Origin: Candidatus Eiseniibacteriota bacterium
Lineage (GTDB): Bacteria > Eisenbacteria > RBG-16-71-46 > CAZAMP01
DNA length: 64,000 nt
Reading direction: 5' to 3'
NCBI GenBank assembly: GCA_965224245.1
Contig: OZ245046.1
Coordinates: 1,760,001 to 1,824,000 of the forward strand
Made by a program: the position numbers and the translations under genes. Shown piece after piece: positions 38,496 through 46,271 of this stretch; the stretch's first letter is position 1, and each line of letters begins with the position of its first letter. The notes under the pieces are model-generated. The model was not told where the DNA came from and did not search any database. It saw only the letters and a program-made list of their open reading frames with translations.

Positions 38496-40948
38496 CAGGT
38501 GTGCCCTCCCTCGTGCGGAGGCGGCCCGCCATGCCGGCGGCGCCGCGTCACGTGAAGCGTCACCGGGGTGGGGCCGGCCGCGAGCGTGCCGTCCAGCGCG
38601 TCGGGGGCCGTGGAGACGATCTCCAGCGGGTTGCTCCCCGCACCGCCCACGCGTTCGTTCAGCGTGTCATGACCCAGCCCGATCGGAACGTGGGCGACCC
38701 CGGGCATCCCACCCCGCTGCACGCGCACCTCCGCCTCGATCGTGCCCCGATCGGAGCGAATGGCCACGCGGTCGCCGTGCTCGACGCCCAGCTCGTGCGC
38801 CGTGGACGGCGCGAGCTCGACCCAGGTGGTCCAGCCCGAGAAGACGGTGTGCCCGAACATCTCGAGCAGCATCGGCGAGACGACCCCCAGATCTCCTCGC
38901 GACGTGATCGGTCGGAAGCAGACCATCGTCAGCTCCGCCGCCTCGTCCGGCTCCGTGGGCTCGTGATGGGGCAGGCAGCTCTCGTCGCTCCCGGTCTCGA
39001 CGCCGCTCGCGCGCTCGTGCTCGAGCAGACGCTGGGAGAAGAACTCGAAGCGACCGGATGCGGTGGCGAACACCCGGCTCCAGTCCGCCTCGGCCCGCAC
39101 CGGCGACCACCAGCCCGCATCGCGCACCATGTCCTCCCAGAGCTCGTCGACGCTCGTGTGGGTCATGAATCGCCACCCGCGCTCCTCCAGGAAGTGGACC
39201 CACGACTCCTCGAACGATCCGCGCGCGATCGCCCCCTGCCCCGACGTCACGAGCCCGGAGAGCCGGTGCTCCAGGTAGGTGTCGTATCGCTCCCAGGGGA
39301 GATGCGAGGCGACCGGCTCACCCAGGCGGGCCGCCAGGCTCAGCAACGTGTCGCCCGCGGTCCGGGTGTCGAACAGCGGCTCCACCACGGGATGACCGAG
39401 ACCGACGCTGTTGAACCCCACCGTCGGAGGCGTGGTGCTCTCGCGCCACGACTCCAGGAACATGGGTGTGGGCAGGATCAGCTGGGCGAGCGAGGAGGTC
39501 TCGTCCAGCACGGAGGTCATCGCGACCACCAGAGGAATCCGGCTCAGTGCCTCGCGCAGCCGATCCCCGGCCGGGCTCGAATGCACCGGGTTGGCGCCGA
39601 CGATGAGCAGAACGTCCAGCGGATGCGAGCCCGAGAGCACGCCGTCGGCCAGCGCCTCCACGGGGTCCGCTCCGAACCGGTGCGACCCGGGGCGCGGCGC
39701 GAAGAGCGACGAGGAGCGATCCAGCGATGGATCCGCGACGGGATCCAGCGGAAGGAACGGGACCCGTGCCGGCAACAGCACCCCCCCCGGTCGCTGAAAG
39801 GCCCCCATGAGCGCGTTGAGAGCGTGTACGCAGACCGCGGTCGCGGTCGCGTTGGAGCCCGCGAGCGCCTCGCCGCCGCTCAGCGCGAGCGGCGCCGATC
39901 CGCGCGCGAAGCGACGCGCGAGATGGATGATGGCGGCCGCCTCGCAGCCGCAAATCGCGGCCACGCGATCGGGGTAGTAGCGCTCCAGGAGGAGGCGACG
40001 AAACCCCATGTGGGGGCGACCCTGATCGTCCGTCCAGTCCTCGAATCCGAAGGTGTGCTCGGCGACGAAGCGGCGATCGTGCCGGCCCTCGCGGACGATC
40101 ACGTGGGCGATGCCCAGGGCCAGGGCGCCGTGCGTGCCGGGTCGGACCGGGAGGTACTGCCTCGCCTTCGCCGCCGAGGGGGAGAGTCGCGTGCCCACGT
40201 GAAGCAGCGTGCAGCGCTCTCCGGATGCCCGCGAGCCCACCAGCGCCGAGATCGCGTGCACCGGTGCCGGACCGTCCTCGTACAGGTCGAGCCCGAACGA
40301 GAGCACGACGTCCGCACGTGCCAGGTCGAAGGCCGGAATCTCGTCCAGGCCCTGCGTGAGCCGGAAGGGCAGCGCGCGATCGACCGAGGGGCGCGAGACG
40401 TTCGGCGACCCGATCGACTCGCCGAAGCGAACGGCCAGCTCGTGGAAGAGCGATCCCGTCTCGCCCGAGAGGATGGCCATGCGTGATCCGTCTCCCGCGG
40501 TCCTGAGCGCGTCCAGGCGCGAGGCGATCCGGTCCAGCGCCTCTTCCCACGTCGTGGGCCGCCGCTCGCCGCTCGCCTCGAGGACGAGCGGTCCCCGGAT
40601 GCGCTCGGGCGCGTAGAGAAGCTCCAGCGCGGAGCACCCGACCGGACACAGCCCGCCCCGGTTCAGGGGATGATCCGGACTGCCCTTGACCCCCACCGGC
40701 AGTCCGTCCACCAGACGCACTCGCAGCCCGCAGCCGCTCTCGCAGAGGCCGCAGATCGTGCTGGCGCCGCTCTCGATGCCGGGTCCGCGGAGGGCGAGCT
40801 CGACGAGATGCTCCGGCACCGACCACTCCCGATCGCAGCCGAGCAGCGTGGCGCCACTCGAGACGCCCAGGAGGCGGAGGAAGTCGCGCCGCGGCAAGCG
40901 CCTCACGTCGTTCCCCTCGATCGCGGTCCACGCTCTCTCCGTCGTCAC
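38495..40948 (-). CDS. Molybdopterin-oxidoreductase-family large subunit, QrcB-like (Tat lipoprotein)
   Basis: RRDFLRLLG Tat motif plus LLGC lipobox; CGLCESGC..LC Fe-S motif; PVRPGTHGALALG; C-terminal molydop-binding-like domain. Confidence 0.9.
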   Translation of the reverse strand: MTTERAWTAIEGNDVRRLPRRDFLRLLGVSSGATLLGCDREWSVPEHLVELALRGPGIESGASTICGLCESGCGLRVRLVDGLPVGVKGSPDHPLNRGGLCPVGCSALELLYAPERIRGPLVLEASGERRPTTWEEALDRIASRLDALRTAGDGSRMAILSGETGSLFHELAVRFGESIGSPNVSRPSVDRALPFRLTQGLDEIPAFDLARADVVLSFGLDLYEDGPAPVHAISALVGSRASGERCTLLHVGTRLSPSAAKARQYLPVRPGTHGALALGIAHVIVREGRHDRRFVAEHTFGFEDWTDDQGRPHMGFRRLLLERYYPDRVAAICGCEAAAIIHLARRFARGSAPLALSGGEALAGSNATATAVCVHALNALMGAFQRPGGVLLPARVPFLPLDPVADPSLDRSSSLFAPRPGSHRFGADPVEALADGVLSGSHPLDVLLIVGANPVHSSPAGDRLREALSRIPLVVAMTSVLDETSSLAQLILPTPMFLESWRESTTPPTVGFNSVGLGHPVVEPLFDTRTAGDTLLSLAARLGEPVASHLPWERYDTYLEHRLSGLVTSGQGAIARGSFEESWVHFLEERGWRFMTHTSVDELWEDMVRDAGWWSPVRAEADWSRVFATASGRFEFFSQRLLEHERASGVETGSDESCLPHHEPTEPDEAAELTMVCFRPITSRGDLGVVSPMLLEMFGHTVFSGWTTWVELAPSTAHELGVEHGDRVAIRSDRGTIEAEVRVQRGGMPGVAHVPIGLGHDTLNERVGGAGSNPLEIVSTAPDALDGTLAAGPTPVTLHVTRRRRHGGPPPHEGGHT

Positions 40949-40972
40949 CTGCCTACCTCCCGTTCGCGACGC

Positions 40973-41509
40973 TCACCGGTGACAGGACACACAGTCGTTC
41001 GAGGCGGCTCGTTCCTGGTGGCACTGCATGCAGTCGTCCATGCGCATGCGCACGAGGGGTCGCGTGAGCGGCACCTCGCGCTCCTCGATCGGTCCGTGAC
41101 AGCGCCCGCACTCGATCCCGCCCACCGCCGTGTGCCGGCGATGCGAGAAGTACACGTGCTCGGGCACGACGTTGACCTTTCTCCACGGGATCGGGACCCC
41201 GTCGCGTATGTACTCCACGGTGCGCGCCTCCTCGGCCGACTCCGTCATCGCCTCCTCGTGGCAGTCGACGCAGACCTCGATGTTGGGGATCGTCGCGCGT
41301 ACGCCCTTCCGCGCGTACACGTGACAGTCCGTGCACTCCAGGCCCGCGTCCTCGACGTGGAGGTGATGGTTGAACGCGATCGGCTGGGTGATCGCCGCAC
41401 CGAGCGCGGCCGGTGCCGCCAGCAGGAGGACGATCCAGCGAGCGTTCCGCAGCCGGTCGCCTCCTCGCCGGCCGCGGCGCCGGCGGCCGTCGGTGGCTGT
41501 GCGCGTCAT
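40973..41509 (-). CDS. Pentaheme cytochrome c (QrcA/ActA-like)
   Basis: QPIAFNHHLH, CTDCH, CVDCH, VYFSHRRH, CGRCH, CMQCH, CVSCH. Confidence 0.92.
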   Translation of the reverse strand: MTRTATDGRRRRGRRGGDRLRNARWIVLLLAAPAALGAAITQPIAFNHHLHVEDAGLECTDCHVYARKGVRATIPNIEVCVDCHEEAMTESAEEARTVEYIRDGVPIPWRKVNVVPEHVYFSHRRHTAVGGIECGRCHGPIEEREVPLTRPLVRMRMDDCMQCHQERAASNDCVSCHR

Positions 41510-42729
41510 CGCACCGTCTCCGTGGCCCGTGACAGCTCGATGTCCAGGTGCTGCGTCTCCATGATGACCGGCCGGTAGCGATACGAGAGCTCGGCGCTGA
41601 TGTTCACGGGGCGCCGCTGTCGGACGTAGAACCGGAAGCGCTCGACTTGCTCCCCTCTCGGCGCGACCCGGTTGTCGCTCACCACCTTCGCGCCGTAGAG
41701 GATGGCCTCCCAGTCGGTGTCGATGATGTTGCCGTCCGCGTCGGCGATCACCTTCCGGTAGCGCCGCTCCTGCTCGGTGGTCAGGCCGTCGACCTCCGCG
41801 GTGACGGTGAGCACGACCTCCCGGCTCGGCATTCCGGTCGGCACCTTGTGTCCGGAGCCAACGTTGGCGACTCGCACCCGGACGTCGACGTCGTCTCCGG
41901 TCCGCGTCGCGCCGATGATCTCCACCGACATGGCGTCGCGGAGCTGGTTGCTGTCGTGGATCAGGTCGTGAAGGTGCATGTCCGCCTGCGAGGCCTTGAC
42001 CTCCTCGCTCACCACCCGTCCCTCGCCCAGGACCATGTGACAGGTCTGACAGGGCTTGCCCTCCTCGGCGTAGGGTCCTTCCCGCCACTCGTCGTAGGTG
42101 CTCATGATCGCGGCCCCACCGGGCGCCACGTAGTTGTGGCAGCCGGCACAGAACTCGGCGGTGCCGTGGAGCTCGGAGAACGCCACGTCGTGCGCCGGCG
42201 ATGCCGCCTTCCTCAGGATGCTCCGCTTGATGGGGCCCACGTCGAAGAGATAGGGCACGTCGGCTCCGGCGGGAGCGAGCCCGGACACGGTGTGGCAGAA
42301 GTCACAGCTCACGCCCTCGCGCGTCACGCCCTGCACCAGCTCGTAGTCTCGGTTCGTCATCGTCATCGGCGCGTGGCAGCGGAGACACAGGCTCTTTGCG
42401 TCGTCGCCCGCCTCCTTCAGCGCCATCATGTACGCCGCGTCGAAGATGGGATCGGTCAGCGAGAACGCGTGGAGGCTTCTCTTCCACGATTCGTAGATGT
42501 CGGTGTGGCAGCGACCGCAGACCTGCGCGCTCGTGTAGCCATCCTCGTTGATGGAAACCGACCCGGCGTGTGGCTCGCTCCCGGTCGATGCCGCACGGCC
42601 GACGGCTGCCGGCCCGGCCATCGTCGCCGCGACGGCGAGCGCCGCCGCCAGGATCGGGATCGGTCTCGCGTATCGCCGGGTGCCCACCCGGGCGGTCGTG
42701 GGGAAGCGGGATGGCGCGGCGACGTGCAT
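41506..42729 (-). CDS. Exported pentaheme cytochrome c (c554/c552-like) with C-terminal beta domain
   Basis: Signal peptide; CGRCH, CLRCH, CDFCH, CAGCH, CQTCH; GHKVPTG. Confidence 0.9.
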   Translation of the reverse strand: MHVAAPSRFPTTARVGTRRYARPIPILAAALAVAATMAGPAAVGRAASTGSEPHAGSVSINEDGYTSAQVCGRCHTDIYESWKRSLHAFSLTDPIFDAAYMMALKEAGDDAKSLCLRCHAPMTMTNRDYELVQGVTREGVSCDFCHTVSGLAPAGADVPYLFDVGPIKRSILRKAASPAHDVAFSELHGTAEFCAGCHNYVAPGGAAIMSTYDEWREGPYAEEGKPCQTCHMVLGEGRVVSEEVKASQADMHLHDLIHDSNQLRDAMSVEIIGATRTGDDVDVRVRVANVGSGHKVPTGMPSREVVLTVTAEVDGLTTEQERRYRKVIADADGNIIDTDWEAILYGAKVVSDNRVAPRGEQVERFRFYVRQRRPVNISAELSYRYRPVIMETQHLDIELSRATETVR

Positions 42730-42783
42730 CGGGGACCCCCCGTCGAAAGAGCCGAGCGACTCCGGACTTCACGACATGAGCCG

Positions 42784-42799
42784 AGCAAGGAGCGTACCG
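42784..42799 (-). promoter_or_regulatory. Sigma-54 (-24/-12) promoter of the respiratory operon
   Basis: Minus strand CGGTACGCTCCTTGCT (GG-N10-GC), ~55 nt upstream of the first gene and just downstream of an NtrC-type activator gene. Confidence 0.75.
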
Positions 42800-42872
42800 C
42801 TGGCGCGATCACGCTAACTGGCTGCGGGAGAAGTCTTTCCAGACGAAGGTGAATCAGTGCGAATCGGCACGA

Positions 42873-42887
42873 CTGACAGATTGTCAG
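42873..42887. promoter_or_regulatory. Palindromic upstream activator site candidate
   Basis: CTGACA-gat-TGTCAG, ~75-90 bp upstream of the -24 box. Confidence 0.6.
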
Positions 42888-42951
42888 GCCGGAGCGTGCG
42901 ACCCGGTCTGGCGCAGGGACTTGGCGCGTGCCACGCCGCGCGGAGCGGGTG

Positions 42952-44316
42952 TCAGTTCTGGCGCGAGTCCTCGACGTCACCCGATCGGAGCTTGCGATAG
43001 AGCGTCCGCTCGCTGATGCCGAGCGCCGCCGCCGCGCGGGCGCGGTTCCCATCGAAGCGCTGGAGCAGGTCGTGGATGTACCGTCGCTCGACCTCCTGCA
43101 GCGACAGCGGCGGCTCGTCGGCGTCGCCTGCCCGGTCCTCCGAGGTTGCCGCGAGGTTCGTCGGCAGGTGGCGCCGGCTGATCGCTCCCCCCTCCGAGAG
43201 GATCAGCGCACGCTCGATCACGTTCCGGAGCTCGCGCGCGTTCCCCGGCCACGCGTATGCGCGCAGCATCTCCATCGCGCCGTCGTCCATGGGGGGCGGG
43301 TCGGACGGGCGAAGACGCGAGAGAAAGTGGAGGGCCAGCGGGCCGATGTCCTCGACGCGCTCCCGGAGGGGGGGCACGTCGATGCGAAAGACGTTCAGCC
43401 GGTAGTAGAGATCCTCGCGGAAGGTCCCCTCGCGAACGAGCGCCTCCAGGTCGCGATGCGTGGCGGCGAGCACGCGCACATCCACCCGGATCGACTCCTC
43501 ACCCCCGAGCCGCCGGAACGCGCCCGTCTCCAGCACGCGGAGAAGGCGGGTCTGGAGCGACATCGTCGCGTCCCCGATCTCGTCGATGAGGATGGTCCCC
43601 GAGTCGGCCAGCTCGAAGAGCCCGTGCTTGCGCGCGCTGGCGCCCGTGTAGGCGCCCCGCTCGTGCCCGAACAGCTCCGAGAGCGCGAGGTTCTCCTCGG
43701 TGGAGCCGCAGTCGAGCACCACGAGCGGCCGCTCGCGTCGGGGTCCCTGGCGATGGATGACGCGGGAGACGACCTCCTTGCCCGTGCCGCTCTCGCCGCG
43801 GATGAGCACGGTCGAGCTCGTGGGCGCGACCTTCTCGATCAGCGCCTTCAGGCGCCGCACGGAGTCCGAGCGGCCGATCAGCTCGGGGCTCTCGGAGCGG
43901 CGGTGGAGCGAGTGGCGAAGCGCCGCGTTCTCCGAGCGCATGGCGCGCTTCTCCGCCGCGCGCCGGATGGTCGACTCCAGATGATCCAGATCACACGGCT
44001 TGGTGAGAAAGTCGTACGCGCCCAGCTTGAGGGCCTGGACCGCCGACTCCACCGACCCGTGGCCCGTGAGGATGATGACCTCGGTGAGCTCCCGGACCTT
44101 CTTGATTCGCTCCAGCGTGTCGATCCCGTTCATGTGCGCCATCCGCAGGTCCAGCACGACGACGTCGTAGGGGGTGTGAAGAAGGGCCTCCTCGACGTCC
44201 TCGCCGCGGCTCCTCGTCTCCACCTGGATGTTCGCCGCGTTCAGCTCCCGCGCCAGGACGGTTCGAAACGTATCGTCGTCGTCCACGATCAGCACCGAGG
44301 GATTCAGCGCGCTCAC
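42952..44316 (-). CDS. Sigma-54-dependent response regulator (NtrC/AtoC family)
   Basis: REC domain (IVDDD, LDLRM), GESGTGKE, ELFGHERGAYTGA, DEIG, FREDLYYRLNV, Fis HTH LGISERTLYRKL. Confidence 0.97.
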   Translation of the reverse strand: MSALNPSVLIVDDDDTFRTVLARELNAANIQVETRSRGEDVEEALLHTPYDVVVLDLRMAHMNGIDTLERIKKVRELTEVIILTGHGSVESAVQALKLGAYDFLTKPCDLDHLESTIRRAAEKRAMRSENAALRHSLHRRSESPELIGRSDSVRRLKALIEKVAPTSSTVLIRGESGTGKEVVSRVIHRQGPRRERPLVVLDCGSTEENLALSELFGHERGAYTGASARKHGLFELADSGTILIDEIGDATMSLQTRLLRVLETGAFRRLGGEESIRVDVRVLAATHRDLEALVREGTFREDLYYRLNVFRIDVPPLRERVEDIGPLALHFLSRLRPSDPPPMDDGAMEMLRAYAWPGNARELRNVIERALILSEGGAISRRHLPTNLAATSEDRAGDADEPPLSLQEVERRYIHDLLQRFDGNRARAAAALGISERTLYRKLRSGDVEDSRQN

Positions 44317-46190
44317 GACCGCACCTCCTCGGCGGCACGCGGCGCCGCCGGCAGGAGGATCGTGAACGCGGCTCCCTCCCCCGGAGCGCTCGAGACCCGT
44401 ATCGAGCCCCCGAGCCCGTCCACGATGATCTTCGAGATGAACAGCCCGAGCCCGGTGCCCTTCCCATCGGAGCGGGCGGAGTAGAACGGCTCAAAGACCT
44501 TCGAGAGCGCCGCCGGCTCGATGCCGCGACCGGTGTCCGTGACCTCCACCCGCACGAACGCGTCCTCGGTCGACTCGACGCGCACGACGAGCCGACCGGG
44601 ACCGTCCATCGACTGCACGGCGTTCAGGAGAACGTTCAGGACGACCTGCCGGATCTTCGCCTGATCCGCGAGGACGATGCACGCCTCGGTCGCCACGCGC
44701 TCGACGACGTCCACTCGCCCCTTTCGGCACTCGTAGCGCAACAGCGCGAGCGTGTCCCGAACGACGGCCCCGACGTCGACGGGCTCCCGGTGGGGTCGCG
44801 GGTTCCGCCCGAGCAGCTTGAGCCGCTCGGTCAGACGCTGGCACCGCCCGACCTCACCGCGGATGAGATCCAGGTACTCCGGAAGCTCGTCGGGGATCTG
44901 CCGGCTCTCGGCGTCGCGCAGCCGGCGTCGCAGACCGTCGAGGCACGTCGTGATGGAGGCCAGAGGGTTGTTGATCTCGTGCGAGATGCCCGAGGCCAGA
45001 AGCCCGAGCGACGCGAGGCGCTCCTGGCTGGCCAGGTGGGCCTCGATCTCCCTGCGCTGCGTGATGTCGCGCCAGATCTCGATGACCTGACGTCGCCCGG
45101 AGGCGGTGTTCAGCGGCGAGGCGGAGATCTCGAAGTGGCGGGGATCGTCTCCGTCTCCGCCGAGCGTGCGAACCCGGCGGGTGACCGCACCGGTGCTGAA
45201 GGTGCTGCGCGCGGGGCAGTCCGCGAGATCCTCGCCGCTGCACAGTCCCGCGCAGTCGCAGCGCCCCGCGAGCGGGGACTCGGTACCTCCCAGTCGTTCG
45301 AAGGCCTCGTTCGCCGTGACCACGTTGAGATCCTCGTCCACGACCACGATCCCGTCGGCCGCCGAGTGGATGACGGCATCCAGAAAGGCCTCCCGCTCCC
45401 TCAGGCGTCGAAGCGTGTGATCGAGACTTCGCGTCATCCGGTTGAGGTGGTCTCCGAGCCGATCGATCTCGTCGGCGCCGCGCACGCTGGCGGAGCGATC
45501 CAGGTCTCCGGCCTCGATCGAGTCCACCACCGTCACCAGAGACGCCAGACGACGCAGCACGAGGCGCCGCATCACGATCATGATCACCGCGATGATGGCC
45601 ACCGAGAGCGTGACCGCCGAGAGCCACATCTTGCGGGTGCTGGCGCTGAGGCTCGCGTCGATCCCCGCCATGGAGTAGTCGACGATCAACACACCGTTCA
45701 CCCGATCGTCCGGGGAGTGGCACTCGTGGCACGCGTCACTGTTGAGGATCGGGTTCACGTTGCGAAACACGCGGTGACCGTCATGGGTCTCGAACGTCAC
45801 CGTTCGCCCCCGAACCGAGGGACCGTGCCGGTGGCAGATCTTGCATGTCGGATCGGACAGCGAGAGCACCCGCCCCCGGTCGGCGGGGTCGGAGGAGAAC
45901 CGGATCACCCCCTTCTTGTTCAGGATCATGACGTTCTCGACGCTCTTCTGATCGGCGAGCCGGCGGACCATCTCCCCGAGATGATCCAGAGAGCGCGAGT
46001 GCATCGCGTGGCGAAGGCTCTGCTCGACGAGCTTGCCCTCGATGGCCGTGGATTCGGCGAGGGAGGCGATCATCTGGCGGCGGTAGTAGTCCTGGAGGAT
46101 CCAGAACGAACCTCCACCGATCACCAGCACGGTGAGCACCACGACCGCTGTGAGCCGGGAGCTCAGAGATCGGAGCGGCGGCCGGAGCAT
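44313..46190 (-). CDS. Sensor histidine kinase with periplasmic di-heme-c domain, HAMP and PAS
   Basis: Two TM helices flank CKICH and CHECH; HAMP DEIDRLG; PAS with CDCAGLC..CP; H-box SHEINNPL; DTGRGI and GTGLGL. Confidence 0.95.
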   Translation of the reverse strand: MLRPPLRSLSSRLTAVVVLTVLVIGGGSFWILQDYYRRQMIASLAESTAIEGKLVEQSLRHAMHSRSLDHLGEMVRRLADQKSVENVMILNKKGVIRFSSDPADRGRVLSLSDPTCKICHRHGPSVRGRTVTFETHDGHRVFRNVNPILNSDACHECHSPDDRVNGVLIVDYSMAGIDASLSASTRKMWLSAVTLSVAIIAVIMIVMRRLVLRRLASLVTVVDSIEAGDLDRSASVRGADEIDRLGDHLNRMTRSLDHTLRRLREREAFLDAVIHSAADGIVVVDEDLNVVTANEAFERLGGTESPLAGRCDCAGLCSGEDLADCPARSTFSTGAVTRRVRTLGGDGDDPRHFEISASPLNTASGRRQVIEIWRDITQRREIEAHLASQERLASLGLLASGISHEINNPLASITTCLDGLRRRLRDAESRQIPDELPEYLDLIRGEVGRCQRLTERLKLLGRNPRPHREPVDVGAVVRDTLALLRYECRKGRVDVVERVATEACIVLADQAKIRQVVLNVLLNAVQSMDGPGRLVVRVESTEDAFVRVEVTDTGRGIEPAALSKVFEPFYSARSDGKGTGLGLFISKIIVDGLGGSIRVSSAPGEGAAFTILLPAAPRAAEEVRS

Positions 46191-46271
46191 GGCGAACCCC
46201 TCGACGTGGTCATGCGCCTCTGCTGCTCAAGGCTACCACGATCGCGCCCCGCGTACAGTCGGTGCTCCTGC

